From: Octopus sinensis
Taxonomy: Eukaryota
Assembly (NCBI RefSeq): GCF_006345805.1
Contig: NC_042997.1
Span: 202,554,001 to 202,618,000, forward strand
Length of the DNA stretch: 64,000 nt
Direction: 5' to 3'
The notes below the pieces were generated by a model. It did no database searches. It saw only the letters and a list, made by a program, of their open reading frames with translations, and was not told where the DNA came from. Below, piece by piece: positions 1 through 14,534 of this stretch. Position numbers and translations under genes: made by a program. Numbering within the stretch: position 1 is the first letter of the stretch; each line of letters opens with the position of its first letter.

Positions 1-1159
1 TTTCAGTACCCCCTCATCTATATACACACACACACACACGCAAACTGTCTTTGGTTTCCATTTGTCAATTCCACTCACAAGGCTTCAGTTATCTTAGGTC
101 TGTAGAAAAAGATAATTGCCCCAAGTGGTACTGAACCCAAAGCCACATGGTTGGGATGTGAACTTCTTAAGCACTCAACCATGCCTACACCTTTTTCCTG
201 GAAACTAGAACTTTAAATAAAATTCAGTTAATTATCCAAAATTTTTAATTAGAGGATAAAAACATAAATTTTGCTTATTTATTCTTTTGTAAAGTTATGT
301 TTGAAAAATATATAGTTTAAAGACTGTTCATTGATTATATCTATTTCATATTTTTTTTTAATTACAACAGGCTGTCAAATTTTTTTGTCATCAACCCACT
401 CCCATTTAATCTATTAATAACAAGTATAGATGGAAAATTAGATTAGTTATATATTATCTAAAACTAAAATAAAAACACAAATATGACATTACTTCTAAAT
501 GTTTCCCTTTCTCAGTCTTTTTATATCTGTTATGTCATTCTATACAAAGCTCTGATGAAATATGCTCCACCACAATCTTTCTCTGTCTCTCTTTCACTAT
601 AAACTTATCTCTCTCTCTGTCAGTATCAACCTTTCTCTCTTTCAGTAACTTTTCTCTCTTTTCATCTCTCTCTCTCTCCCCCTGATTGCTCCTTATTCAC
701 TCCTCTTGCACTAGCTATCACGTTTTAGTTTTTCAACCCACTGACTTTTTGTTAGAATGTCCTCATTATGTTCTCTCTCTTCCCGTCTCTACTCACATGG
801 AAACATCCCAGCACATAAAATCGCTATTTTACTAACAGTTCAAGCAGCGATGGAATAAATGTTATGTGATGGGGCAGAAGAGAACTCTAAATTTCTGTCA
901 GAACACTTTATCATAGGTGTGAATTAGAGTTGAAGGATAAACTAAGGAATAAATTGGGATTAACAAAAGGAGAAAGAGACAGGTAACAAGAAGTGTAAAG
1001 ATGAGATATTTAAAGAAGCTTAATATGTTTGGAAAGTTAAGTTAGGTTATTCTAAGACAACCAACATAAAGTACAGTAGTTTAATGTTAACGTATTTAAC
1101 ATAGTGAGCATCAAGAGTATTGAATAAAAATGAAATGGGCAGTAAAGGAAAAATCCCAG

Positions 1160-1605
1160 TCATTGCCAGTGCTGCCTGACTGGCTCCTTTGCTGGTGACA
1201 CTTGAAAAGCACCATTCAAGCGTGGTCGTTGCCAGTGCTGCCTGACTGGCTCCCGTGCCGGTGGCACTTGAAAAGCCATTTGATCGTGCCAGTGGTTTAT
1301 GAAAATTACCATTTGAGCATGGTAGTTGCCAGTGCCGCTTGACTAGTTCCCATGCCAGTAGTACGTAAAGAGCACCATTAAGCATGGTCGATGCCAGTAC
1401 CACCTGACTGGTCCTTGTGCTGGTGGCACATAAAAAACACCCACTACACTCTCGGAGTGGTTGGCATTAGGAGGGGCATCCAGCTGTAAAAACCTTGCCA
1501 GACCAGATTGAAGCCTGGTACAGCCTTCTGGCTTGCCAGTCTTCAGTCAAACCATCAAACCCATGCTAGCATGGAAAGCAGACGTTAAACGATGATGATG
1601 ATTAT
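1160..1605 (+). mobile_element. RTE-LINE 3' tail element with a tandem ~66-bp array, ending ...ttaaacgatgatgatg
   Basis: Units start at about 1163, 1229, 1326 and 1391 (one partial unit in between), followed by the conserved ggcatccagctgta...ccatgctagcatggaaagc core and a (GAT)n tail. The same array follows RTE ORF2 at 29370-29835. Confidence 0.85.
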
Positions 1606-2399
1606 GCAAGTATGAGAGACAACTCTGAGTTTTGGCCTTGTCGGAGCTCTTTAGCAAAGCATAAACGCCATACTTGGTGCAGTAGAGTGTAGAAGTATTC
1701 AGACAATGGGTTACTGCAATTCATTCATTTACTTTTATGCCTGTTTTTCCTAGCTAGCATGGCTTAGATGAATATATTATTGGGGCATAATTTCACATCT
1801 GAAGGCCTTCCTGTTACTAACACTTACCTGTTTCTCAAATAAAAGATATCTTATTCCACACACCTTTGAAGGAGCCAAACCAGCTCAGATGATCTGTTGG
1901 TGGAAAATAACAGAAACGTCACTGCTTGTAGCTTAGTGATTTTTGGCAAATGGAAACAAACAGCAACACACACAAGCATACACATATACATACATCCATA
2001 GGGCATCCAGCTGTAGAAACTCTGCCAGATCAGATTGGAGCCTGGCGCAGCCATCTGGTTCCCCAGTCCACAGTCAAATCATTCAACCCATGCTAGCATG
2101 GAAAGCGGACGTTAAATGATGATGATTCCAGGGGTGACAAGTTCAAAGAAGTTATGTCCAGCCACTGAGACACTGAGAGTAAGGAACTCAAAGACTAAAA
2201 GTGAATAATTACAGCAATGCCTCAGTATATGAGTTAATTTGTTCCTGGAGATTGCTCATAAAGCAGAGCAATAATTTCCCAAAGTAACAATGTTATAAAT
2301 TGTATTTTGTTTCCAGAAAAATATTTTACCTATAAATGGCAATAAAACAACAGTAGAATGTAAAGATTATTTGTCAGCTCCAGCTCATATCCAAGCATT

Positions 2400-2630
2400 G
2401 TGTTTGTCAATTTCCATTCAGTCTCCTCGGCTGATGTTTGTGCCAAAAGTGACTTTGGGGTCCAGGCTGGTGGTGAAGGAGTCATGGGTAGAATTCACAC
2501 AGGATGGTCAGTGCAGGTCGAGGATGTTGAAGATGCTTCTTTCTTCTCCTGTGTTTTACTTCCTCATTCTGTTGTTTGTTCTGGAGGGCTTCTATCTGCA
2601 ATGGAGCCAGCCCCTTCGAGCAGCACAGAA
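2400..2630 (-). pseudogene. Decayed C-terminus of RTE-clade LINE ORF2
   Basis: The minus strand reads ...EEVKHRRRKKHLQHPRPALTILCEFYP*LLHHQPGPQSHFWHKH. This matches the RTE ORF2 C-terminal pattern (KRRRRK...CxxC...GLxSH). Confidence 0.6.
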
Positions 2631-2780
2631 TATTATATGTGAAGTAAAATGAATGTCAAAATCATTTATAATAAAAAATATTATTATAATCGTTTTTTGA
2701 ATCACTCTAGACTTGTATACACCATTACTTGTACACATGATTGCTAATTCACAAGCACTTGCAGATGGACTTGTAGATTT

Positions 2781-3012
2781 CTTATTTCTTTATTGTCCAC
2801 AGGGGGCTAAACATAGAGGGGACAAACATGGACAGACAAAGGGATTAAGTTGATTAGATCAACCCCAGTGCGTAACTGGTACTTAATTTATCGACCCCAA
2901 AAGGATGAAAGGCAAAGTCAACCTTGGTGGAATTTGAACTCAGAACGTAACAGCAGACGAAATACCACTAAGCATTTTGCCCGGCATGCTAACGTTTCAG
3001 CCAGCTCGCCAC
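2781..3012 (-). mobile_element. tRNA-headed SINE family B (ggcgagctggcagaa(a/t)cgttagca...gagttcaaattcc...aaagaaata), near full length
   Basis: Contains a B-box-like GAGTTCAAATTCC and closely matches the copy at 26553-26787. Other copies lie at about 6000-6230, 23170-23370, 24352-24560, 35500-35700 and 60960-61100 (+), and 33700-33860, 44690-44900 and 61620-61760 (-). Confidence 0.9.
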
Positions 3013-3021
3013 CTTTTTGTA

Positions 3022-3175
3022 GATTTCTTTTTAAAAAACAAGTCCAGAGTTGGTTGCTTAGAAGAAGCTTTTTTTGATCTCTTTAAATTTCTTGGTAACA
3101 CACAGAAGCATTTGTTATGGTAGTAGAAAGTCTTGCACTTCGTTGAAAATTTGGATCTTGTGCTTGAAAAATTTC
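3022..3175 (-). pseudogene. pogo/Tigger-like transposase C-terminal remnant
   Basis: The minus strand gives FQAQDPNFQRSARLSTTITNASVCYQEI / KKASSKQPTLDLFFKK across a frameshift. This resembles the DPNxERS...QxTLDxFFK tail of Tigger-like transposases. Confidence 0.45.
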
Positions 3176-3649
3176 AGCTCACCATACAAAAAAGTAGTTG
3201 CAAAATAAAACTCATAAACCCAGGCTCTGGTAAAGCATGTCCTTGTAAAGTGAGGTATCACTGCATTTAATCCATAATCATTAGTTTCTCAAAATATATT
3301 TTGTTGGATCATCAAGTATGAATCAAACATTTATGGCATGAAAAAAAGAAGCATGCAGTATAAGCAATAAAGTAATTGGCATTAGTAAGGACATCCAGCT
3401 GTCTATGCCAAAGCAGACACCTGGAGCATGATGATACTGTTCTTGGACCCTTTGGAGTCTGTCAAACTATCCAACCCAATCCAGCATGAAACACGGACAT
3501 TAAATAATGATAATATAGTTATATAACAATAGTGAAATATATCAAAAGTACATTATTCATAGTGCAATCATTATCTGGAATACTGGGTAGAGTGGATAGA
3601 TATATACTTATTACATCAAAGTTGACTGCCTACTGGGCTCTTCATGTAT

Positions 3650-3656
3650 GTGTGTG

Positions 3657-3723
<67 letters not shown>
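3650..3723. repeat. (TA)n microsatellite
   Basis: Direct read. Similar tracts lie at about 25395-25437, 30365-30560 (TA/TG mosaic), 34685-34725, 38990-39050 and 55215-55275. Confidence 0.95.
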
Positions 3724-6284
3724 AGCTTTAAGTTTCCATCTGAGCTTCCACTACTGGCAAGGATTGTAGAAGACACTGGCTCCACTGCCATGCAGTGGGG
3801 TTGTTGAACCTGAAACCATGTGTTTGCAAAGTGCACTGGCTAGGTTGTGCCTAATCAAGTACAATGCTCACCTCTAAGTATGGACAATAAAATCCTGGCA
3901 AAAATATCTCCAAGTAAACATGGGGCCAATACAACTTCAATTGTGATAAAATTGACAAAATGTGATAGAAAATGATATAATAATTTTGTCATATTTCAAA
4001 TAGAATGGAAAAATCTTATAATTTACCAAATCAAAAAGTAGTCAATTTGTTCGCATCCATAAAAAAAAGACGGTGATAAATGTAATGTGGTTAATACTAT
4101 GTACATATAATAGGCAGAGTTTAATATAGTGAATGTAGTTAGACACACAGGGAATATTGTAAAAGTATGTGAAGCAAATGAGAAAATACTGACTATGGTT
4201 AACAGGACACTTAATAGAACAATATTGAATATCCGCTGATAATGATCAACTAAGATAGAATGAATTTTAGACCACAGATATTTAAAATTTTTTTCTTTTC
4301 TTTTCTATATTATTGAAGAGAGAAGCAGTCCCCATAACCCTTCACAGGGCCTTTCAGACTGGTGGAGTGAAGAAACATATCTTCTAACTGGAGACATGGC
4401 CTTGAGGGCTTGCACTAGGGTCGGCTCCGAGTCAAGGCCATGGTGAGATTTGAAATCAGAATAAATGTTGCAAGGAATTTACTCACATTCTTTGAGTTCC
4501 ACAAATACAATATTTTGGATTACTACATTCTTATTAACTCTAGAAAGGATGACAGGCAAAGTTGAAGTCAGAGCACAGAGAGCTGGAGGAAATACCATAA
4601 GCCATACAATCCAGTTTGCTACTTATTTATTATTAACTCTTTTTGTAACAACTCACTTGAGATCACCCCTGGTTCTATAATACAAATTTCATTTTAAAAT
4701 TGATATACAGTGAAACCTTCAATCAAATTCTTTTGTGTTCTATGCTCCAGGTTAATAATGACTTATTTTATTGTTTGTCATTATTTTCAACATTACCATA
4801 TATACTAATGTATGTTGCAGCCCTAATTTAGTGTTAGTTCTTGGTACAAAATTTTTCTCTTCATACTTTTAGCTTTGTCTCATGTATATAAGCTGCACCT
4901 CAGTTTTTACACTTAAATCAAGCCTGAAACTTATACACGAATACATATGGTAGCTGAATCAAAAGCAGTGTATTTCAACAAAAATATGGTAATAAAAATG
5001 GTTAATGAATTTTCTTTTTAAGCTCATCTAACCTTATTATGCACTCTTTAAACATTCTTCAGGATCTGGTTTTTCTTTTTTTTTTTAATCATTTCAAAAA
5101 AGTTTTCCTGAACCAGAATTTTAGGAAACTTGGAGCTCAACACAGCCCTACAGCTGGCCGGATCCTGTCAGACCATCCCAGTCCTACCAGAAGGAAAATA
5201 GACATTAAATGATGATAATAATGAGCATGTAGGTCATATCTATTTATAGTACAAATTATTGTTTAGATAAAAATCAAACAAAATAATCGTTTCATTGTGA
5301 TCATTGTCAATTTCATTTTCTGATTGCTTCTTATCAAGAACAATGAACTAACTTCTGTATTTAGTCAGGCAGTAATCAATACAATGTCTGATTTAGACAA
5401 ACCATGCCTGATGATTGTTATAATATTGTGTGAACCAACAGCATAATAATTAGATCCTTAATGCAAATGATCATCATTTAAACAGCCATGTTCTATGTTG
5501 GCATGGGCTGAATGGTTTGATAGGATCTTATGGGTCCAAAGACTGCATTGGGCTCCAGTGTCTGCTTTGGTATGTTTTCTACACCTGAGATGCCCTTCCT
5601 AATGCCAACTACTTCACAGTATGTACTGGATGTTTTTATTTTTATTTTGCTTGGCACCAGCAGGGTTGAGGACTCCATGCAGCTTTCAAGACTACACACC
5701 CTGATGGGGAAAGAGGGGATGATAGAAAGGGGTGGAGTTAGGAATAGACGAACTAGGAGTGTGGGTGGATGAGAATAGCAAGAGTATGGGGAATGGGTGA
5801 AGAGGGCAGGTAGGATTGTAAAGATTGTGTAGGGCTTGAAGGGTGGATGACTTATGGTGCTTGGGGAAGTTAAGGGGTGCAAAAGAAAGTAAGGGTGAGC
5901 AACAATAATAATGATGAGACAATTGACTGTGGAGAATGGCAGAGAAAGAGGTGATATGTGGTTGGGTAGATTGCAGGAGTGGAGTAGGGAGTGAGGTAGA
6001 TGTAGCAGAAGGTGAACATTTATCACGCCCGGCGAAATGCTTAGCAGTATTTCGTCTGCCACTACGTTCTGAGATCAAATTCCGTCAAGGTCGACTTTGC
6101 CTTTCATCTCTACGGGGTCGATTAAATAAGTATCAGGTATGCATTGGGGTTGATATAATCAACTTAATCCGTTTGTCTGTCCTTGTTTGTCCACTCTGTG
6201 TAGTCCCTTGTGGGCAGTAATGAAATAAGAAGGAGAACATTTAATATCTTATCACTCATAGAAAAAATATATTATCATAGTGAT

Positions 6285-6485
6285 TTAAGTCTTTAGCATA
6301 TAAACTGGCCATATCTGGCTCAAATATTCTGCTTGTTTTATGTCCAAACTGACCAGATCCAGCCATCACACTTACCCTAGGATATCATTCTAACAGTAAG
6401 CAATTTCATCATAGATTTAATTGAAAACAATGTGAATAAATAAGCCTTACATTTGCCAGAGTAATCTGAATGCCAATGGGTCAAA
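6285..6485. mobile_element. Degenerate copy of a piggyBac-type MITE (family of 20762-21345)
   Basis: Reverse-complement similarity to 20762-21345, with eroded termini (tctttagca...tgccaatgggtcaa). Another degenerate copy lies at about 15920-16110. Confidence 0.65.
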
Positions 6486-9400
6486 CTCTTTGTAACACAT
6501 CGTCTTGAATAATTAAATATAACCGACTTCAGATCAGGTTGTCTTGGATATAACCACATATTTGTGAGGGTGGGGGAAGAAAGTGGGTAGCATTTAGTTT
6601 CCCATAAATAACACACAGCTTTAATTCATTGGTTTAAAAATGTGAGGAGAAAAAAATACCTAAGTAGAGAACTGTTGGAATAGTATCATTATCTTTTCTT
6701 TCGTTTACTGCTTATCATTATTCATTAATCAGATTGTGTGTGTGTGTGTGTGTGTTCAAAAATGAAAATTAGTGAGAAAGTAGACAAAGGTGTCTATGGA
6801 AAAGCTAGAAAGTATGAGAAATAATTAAGACATAAAGAGGGAGAGTGAAAGAGACAATCATGTAAACATATGTAAAAGATGATGACATCATGTGACCAAT
6901 ATCGTCATCATCATCATTTAGTGTCCATTTTCCATGCTGGCATGGGTAAGATGGTTTGACTGGAGATGGTAAGCTGGAGAACTGCACAAGGCTCCTGTCT
7001 GTTTTGGCTTAGTTTCTACGGTTGGATGCCGTTCATAATGCCAACCATTCCATCAACTGTGCTGGGTACCTCTGACATGTCACACTGGTAGGGGTGCTTT
7101 TTGAATGTGACCAGCATAAGTACCTCTTATGCGTCGCCAGCACAAGTGCCACTCACATCACCGGCACTGGCCAAGACTAGGATTTCGCTTAGCTTGATGC
7201 GTCTTCTCAAGTACAGTAAATTGCAGACCATCTGTAGTCACTTTAACCAGAAGATGAACAAATGCCATGGACACCACACAGCTTATGTACAGAAACACCA
7301 CAGCCCATTTTTTTGGCAATGGCTCTTCTTTATATATCACCTTCAAAAGCACTCTGTTGTACCAGCCTATTCAAAAACACATTGGATAAACTCCAGCCAA
7401 CCATTCAAGGATACACTCAGGGAAGACCAGCTGCTGCTACAAACTCTAATTGTAGATCAATCTCCAGCCATAGAGTGAGAACAAAACTGAAAGAAAATGA
7501 ATGAAGGCAGTGCCCAGTACACTCTGTAAAGTGGTTAGTGTTAGGAAGGTCGAGAAGGTATTAGAGCCAAATGGAAAATGTAGACTCCGAGTCGGATGTT
7601 GATCTCTCTTCATCCTATGTCAGTATAGACAACAAGTGTAGAACAATGGTGATAAGGATGCTACCAGGACGGAACGGTAGCATCCATAGTTATAAATATG
7701 CTTATTGTTGAAAACAGTCGTATTAGCAGTGGAATCTCTTCCTGCTGTTGAACCTCTTCACCAGGAGAGGCCAGCCAACAGCTGGACAGACAATCAGAGT
7801 AGTGTGCTTTGTCCAGGTGCATCTTAACAATGGCTATTTCAAACACATTGTCCCTTGAATCATACATGCCTGCATCTCTATACTGTGCTGGATTGGAATG
7901 AAAACTGAATACCGTTATCAAACATTTAAAACTATGAAATAATTGAATTTCAACCTATTGTTATTCTCTGAAACACTGATATAGACATACAGGTCATGCA
8001 ACCTAGAATTGGGCTACTCTGACCCTTGTATGTATGTTTAGAAAAAAGTTTAGATGCATATTGATTACAAGTTTTTCCACAATCGTATTATTTCATTTGA
8101 TATTTTTACTTTTCAGATGTGACTAGTGGTGCTTTGTCTTTGTTTCCTATTATTGTTGTTTGAATCCATGTCTAAACATTGATTTTTGTCAGCATCTTGT
8201 TGGCATTGGATAGACTACGAAAAGTTTTTTTTAAATATTGCAGAAATGTGGTTGCACATCACTGCTGTAATACATACTTGCATGTAAATAAAATTAATCA
8301 TTTTAGGATTCATTTGAATGAAGCTATTTTAATAAGGACACTAAATTAGGTTTGAGCTTAGCATATCTGTGTATATACCATGTACAAGCACTCACATATT
8401 TATCAATATGGATATGCCCTAACGCTCACACATACATACACATGAACAAATCAATATACCTATCTACATAAGTATACAGGTCTATGAAATTATATACACA
8501 TGCATGCTTTATGAGCCACTGTGGGATCTAGATCCAGACCTGGAACATCCCCTATGTTATATATATATATATGCATGTGTATATTGATTTATGAACTCCC
8601 ACCCATGCTAGCATGGAAGGTGCACATTAAATGATGATGATAAACTTGTTACCCTACTGCTTTTGAATGAATGATTATAGTTATTATGTGAGTATGGTGG
8701 AGGTATTAACTGTAAAGACAACCTACAGAGTATCTGTTCCAAGAAGTTCTTTGCATCTGTGACTTTGTTATTTAATTCTTCATGAAATATCTATTGTAAA
8801 GGACAAACAGTTGCTTAATGACCAGGCCTTTCTGATCCTGCCAGATTAATTCTTCCTTATAAAACTATTTATTTAGTTGGTAGTTTTGAATCTCTCTCTC
8901 CCCACACCTGTTGTATTTGCATTGACATGCCATGCCTGTTGTACTTGCACTGACAGTCATAGACCTCCATGCCAAAGTCTGAAAAATCATGATGTAGCAG
9001 TGGTTTTCCATTGCAATTGGCTGGGTTATTTACAATTCACTCTGCTACTTTAATTTTCCTGTACTTAACCCTTGAAGCAGAGGAATTGGTTCACATAACA
9101 TCAGTTCATGTCTTCACACTGCTATACCTGTGTGGCACAGGTCTAGTGGATGCAGTTTAATGTCTTGCCTGAAACAATTCACATTTTCACCAAGGAAAAA
9201 TAATCTAACCACATAGCTTTGGGTTCAGTCTCACTGCGTAGTACCTTGGCCAAGTGTTTTCTTAATCCCTTAGCTATGCCTGCACTTATCTTAAAAGTAT
9301 TTCTCTAAACCTTTTACTTTTAGAGAAAGGAATTAAAAAGAACATTTATTATCTTTTTCAATGTAATTATGTTATTTTATATTTTAATATCTTTTATATC

Positions 9401-12010
9401 ACATTTTGTGGATCAGTTGCTGCATTTCTGGCAGCAAGAGTAATGAGGGATTATCTGTACAACTCAAATAGAACTAATACTACTATATAGGGTGTTCTTA
9501 TTTGAAAGCACCAGTTCTTTTTACCTCTTTTTCCATTGAGAAAAGAGATACATATTTATACATAAGACAGCTTTTAATTTACATTTACTAAAATTCACTT
9601 GTTAGCCATGAGTCAACCCGAAGCTAAGATGGAAGACACTTGCCTGAGGAGCAGCATGGTAGAACTGAACCCTAAACCAAGTGGTTGTGAAGTGAACTTG
9701 TTGATTATGCATGTGATCCTTATTTAGAAAGCAAGCTTATGCTTTGGTTTGGTGTCGAGCATTTTCGCAAAAGTATTCAATCCTATAAGGGAGTGTTTAA
9801 GTCATGAAGGAGGAAGTGAGTAATACATTAATTTCAAGTTTAATTAGTCTCTACTTTTATTACACAATGGTAAAGGTCGGGTGCAGTGGTAAGTATCCAA
9901 GTGTTTTTGATGAGCACTTCTGCAGAATGTGACTGTACTCAGTTGGCACTCTGAGTTTGGTGCTAATGTACTCTTTAAACTTCTGATTTTCCACCAAAAT
10001 TCATATGAGTTCTGATGATTCATTTCTGTATTTTAGTAAGATATTCTGAAAAGAGCAAAACCAACTGAATCATGTTGATCGTTTATTGAAATATTAATTT
10101 TAACAAAGCCATTGTGTTGGATTACATCAGTTGTTTTATTCATCCTCTCTCTCTCTCTCATGCCTCATCTCTCTTCTCCTGACTATCAGTTTTTTAATTG
10201 TTATATTGGATTGTGTTTTACATAAAGGTCATGCTTTGTTTGAATAGTGTTACTCTGCAAATATTTAAGCTCAACATTAAATATCAAACGAAAAGAAGAG
10301 GGCTTAGGTCAAAATATGTATGACCTTCCTGCTATTCAAGAATGATTGATTGAGGGCAAAACTAGATAAATTTGACTTGATTAGGAAACATTGAAAGAAA
10401 GTTTTTCATGTTCATTGCTGCTGAAAATGTTCTTGTGTGATTTAAAGCCAAAGGAAAGTTACAATATAAATGTGAAGTAATTATTATGTTTTGTTTGTTC
10501 ATTTAGTTTTTTGACTTTTTTCAGTTCATTGGACTACAGCCAATCTGGTTCTTATACTCCCAGTTTCTTTTGATGAACAGCTAATTTATAAGGGCATTAA
10601 CAAAGCAACACCAATTTCCAAGTGTTTGGGGGTCAACACAAAGACACACACACACATACACAAAAACCTGTTTATATATATTGCCATCATCATTTACCAT
10701 GGGTCAGATGGAATTTGTTGAGGCATTCTGCAGCCAGGTACCCGTCCTGTTGCCAACCCTCACCTGTTTCCAAGTAAGATGATATTTCCTCCAAAGCCAG
10801 ACATGTTTTTCTCTGCAGACTGGAAATGAATAACTCACTTGTATGAGTGATGCTGTTTACAACCATTATAGACAAAGGTGTGTGTGTGTGTGTGTGTAAA
10901 CATACATCTACATGACAGGCTTCTTTCAGTTTTTATCTATGAAATCTACTCACAAGGTTTTAGTCAATTCGGGGCCATAATAGAAAATGCTCACCCAAAG
11001 TGCTGCACAGTGGAACTGACTCTCAAATTTATGTGATTAAGAGGAAAGCTTCTTAACCACACACTCACACTTGCACCTATATACATATGTGTGTGTGTGC
11101 ATGTGTGTGTATATATATATATATATAGTTAACAGATGAGAGTCAGAGATTCTCAGTATAGAAAACACTTTGTAGCACTCAAATGATTTGAACTTATACT
11201 CTGATGTCTTTACATGTGGTAAAGAGAAGTTATAAGATGAATCAAGATGAGCTGATATGGAGGCAATAATACTAATAAACAAATTAAATCATCTGAAAAT
11301 CTTCAATCTTTGCTTTCCCTCTGTCTATGTGTATACATATATATATCATCATCATCATCATCGTTTAACGTCTGCTTTTCATGCTAGCATGGGTTGGACA
11401 ATTTGACTGAGGACTGGCAAACCAGATGGCTGCATCAAGCTCCAATCTGATCTGGCAGAGTTTCTACAGCTGGATGCCCTTCCTAATGCCAACCACTCCA
11501 AGAGTGATGTGGGTGCTTTTATGTGCCACCAGCTCGAGAGCCAGTCAAATGGCGTTTTTTACGTGCCACCTGCACAGGAGCCAGTCCAGTGGCACTAGCA
11601 ACGACCTCACTCTAATGTTTTTCACGTGCCAGTAAGGCAACGCTGGTAATGATCATGATATATAGATATTTTGTATATTGAACCCATGGTGTTTATATTT
11701 AATTTGTTTATTCACATAATTGCCTCTCTTTTTATATAGATGTGTTTGTGTATGTATATTCACATGCTTCCACGCACTTTTTACCTACCAAATTCACTCA
11801 CTAGGCATTGGTCAGTTTAGTGCTATAGTAGAAGATACTTGCCCAAGGTACCATTGAGTGGGACTGAACCTGAAACCACATGGTTGAGAATTGAACATCT
11901 TAACCACGTGGTCCTGCCTGGAACTCTGGTCTGCATTTTGTATTTTATACAGTTAATTGTGCTTAGTTTTGATATTTTTATCATTTCTATGTGCCTTATA
12001 AATATTCCAG

Positions 12011-12030
12011 CTGAAAATTATCTGAGGATG
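12011..12030 (+). CDS. Candidate micro-exon (A)ENYLRM of an unidentified host gene
   Basis: Acceptor ...aatattccag and donor ATG|gtaaat. Phase 1 to 0. Confidence 0.3.
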
Positions 12031-12133
12031 GTAAATAGTGAAAACTCTTTTCCCAGAATACAAAACACTTTGGAATTTTTGTTTGATTTTTGGTTTTTCT
12101 GTTGATGAAAAATTTGTGTGTATTTGCTGGTAG

Positions 12134-12176
12134 GCTATGATTTGGCATGGTGGAGATTACTCTCTCAAAGCGCTGG
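12134..12176 (+). CDS. Candidate exon AMIWHGGDYSLKAL
   Basis: Follows a 103-nt GT-AG intron after 12030. Phase 0 to 1. The donor TGG|gtgtta is weak. Confidence 0.25.
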
Positions 12177-13727
12177 GTGTTAAAAACCTGAAAGTCATGG
12201 ACAGGCGAGACAACTCACTCTAGATTTCATTCAGGAGTGATGGTCTTCAATGTTTTGCTATTTTTGTGGCTTAATAATATCACATCCCCAAACTGAATTG
12301 GAGGCGAATAGACTGCCAGTCACGCCTATTGGCAACCCCACTAGTGCTGGTGGCATGAGAAAAGCCCTCAGTACATAGTGTAATGTAGTTAGTGTCAGGA
12401 AGGGCATCTGGCTGACTGTAGATTTGATGCTGCCATGCACCTCCCTGGATCCTGTCAAACCATTCAGCCCAAGGCAGCATGAAAAATTGACATTAAATGA
12501 TAGTGATGATGATGGTGTATGTGTGTGTGCTCACAAGAATGTTTATATTCCACATCTGTCACTCCTTGAGCAAAGTAGTAATGATGTGGACATTATGACA
12601 AGTCACTTTGTGCCTTTGAAAACCTGTGGAATAAAGAAATTTCTAACTTGAAAAACAGATATGGGTTGGTGACAGTCAGAGCATCCAGCCATAAAATCCT
12701 GCTTCAAATAATTCCCTTCCAAAGCCGCATTTATTAAGGATAAACAGACTCAAACACGTAGAAAAAAGATGGTTTTATATAATTCTACTTTACACATGAC
12801 AAATTATTGTTTTCACAGCTTCAGAAGTTAGAACTAATTTAATATTTATATAGCCTACATTACTATAATTAGCTGTATGTAGCACCAAATATTGCACTTT
12901 TGTATATATATATATCATCATCATCATCATCATCATTTAGCGTCCGTTCTCCATATATATATTCTGTTATTTTATATATGTTTAGTTGTTTTTTTTTCTT
13001 GCCTAACATAAAAAGTTTTCCATATTATAATGCTTGGTTGTTTTCTGGGTTGTCAAAATAATTCCCATATGATGGTTCTAAGTGGAGACATTTATTTGAT
13101 TACAGTCAGTGAAAAGCTTGTTTTAGATTTCCTAATAATGGGTTTGTCTTCAACACCAATCAGGATATTACCATTAATGTTTAATGTATTTACCCATACA
13201 ATATGATTTTTGGTAGTCACTAATTAACTATGCTTTTTACCCAATACATTTTCAATACTCAGACAAATGACTGTTTCCAAATCTTTCTATGCATGAATTA
13301 TGTTGCCATTATTGTCTTTTGTGTTGGTTCTTTTTTCCAACTAGAAATTCCTGAGCCCATGGCCAGTCCATTGATGGCTCTGGATTTATAGGATGAGAGA
13401 GTTGAATGAAGTTGATTTAACATTATTTTTTATTTTTATTTTAGCAGGCATTCTTTAATTTTTTCATTTAACATCCATGTTCCATGTTGGTTTGGGTTGG
13501 ACATTTTGACAGGACCTGATGGGTCCAGGGACAGCATCATGCCCCGGTGTCTGCTTTAGCATGGTTTCTATGGCTTTGTATTCATTCCTTATGCCAACCA
13601 CCTTACAACTTGTAGTGGGTGGTGCTTTCATGCCATCAGCTCTAGTTAGGTTGCCATGCAGCTTGTAAAACTACAAACCCCAAGAGAGATGACTTTATGA
13701 GGGTGTAAATATTAAGGAGCTATTTAA

Positions 13728-13947
13728 CCCTTTTGTTACTGTATTTCTTTTGAGATGCTCTGTGTTTCTTTCAGTTATTTTAAATATAACAAAGAATTTA
13801 GTAAAATAACTTAGTTATCATTCAGCTACTGTGAGGAACATAAATTGTGACTAAGGTTTGATGGAAGATTTTAATTCAAAACTTACGAAAACAAAACATT
13901 TTACTACAGAGCCAGAGCTGGTTTTGGCCGGGTTAGTAACAAAAGGG
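13728..13947. mobile_element. piggyBac-type MITE, 220 bp
   Basis: TTAA|CCCTTTTGTTACT...AGTAACAAAAGGG|TTAA: perfect 13-bp TIRs with a TTAA target duplication. A sister copy lies at 24643-24864. Confidence 0.9.
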
Positions 13948-14534
13948 TTAACTATTAACATTATAGAAGAGAAGGTGGGATGGATCAGATGGAGCTGCTA
14001 AGAGGTAAAACTAGTGATGGTGATGTGCCTGGGTGAACACTCAAGGTACAAGGTGAGAGGGAACAAAGGAAGTGCAAATGGGTGGAATAAATTGTGTGAT
14101 TGAATATGTACTAATGTGTTATAATTCTGGAGATGGTGTTGTTAAAGTTTGGTAAAGATATTTCTAAATTCGAAGAAAGGAAAAGATGATGTGCTGCAAA
14201 GTGTATTTTTTTTATGGCAATGTATACTTGAATAGTTAGGGAAGCTGCAGTCAAGGTAATAGTAGTAGCAGCAGTGGTAGTAGTATACAGGGCAAAGGTG
14301 AGGTGTAATATGTTTGTTGGATAATTTGTAAATTGCTTATCAATTAATAATTAGATATTTATTAGATACAGTATTGCAGGAGAATGATGTATAAGTAAGC
14401 ACAAAGCCAGATGCGTGATGATTCTTCCTTACCTGCATTTACCTGTAATTAGATTTGCTTTGTGACAGAAATTATGAAACAGATTTGGTCGAGAACCTTT
14501 TGTTAAATTGTGTTCCAAAAATCATATTTACATA

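Noticed and set aside
1160-1445. Possible CRISPR-like array
   Set aside because: The units are contiguous with no unique spacers, they are attached to an RTE 3'UTR, and the context is eukaryotic with no cas genes.
5493-6220. Cluster of 80-189 aa overlapping ORFs
   Set aside because: They span an RTE tail, a purine-rich degenerate tract and a SINE B, and have low-complexity translations.
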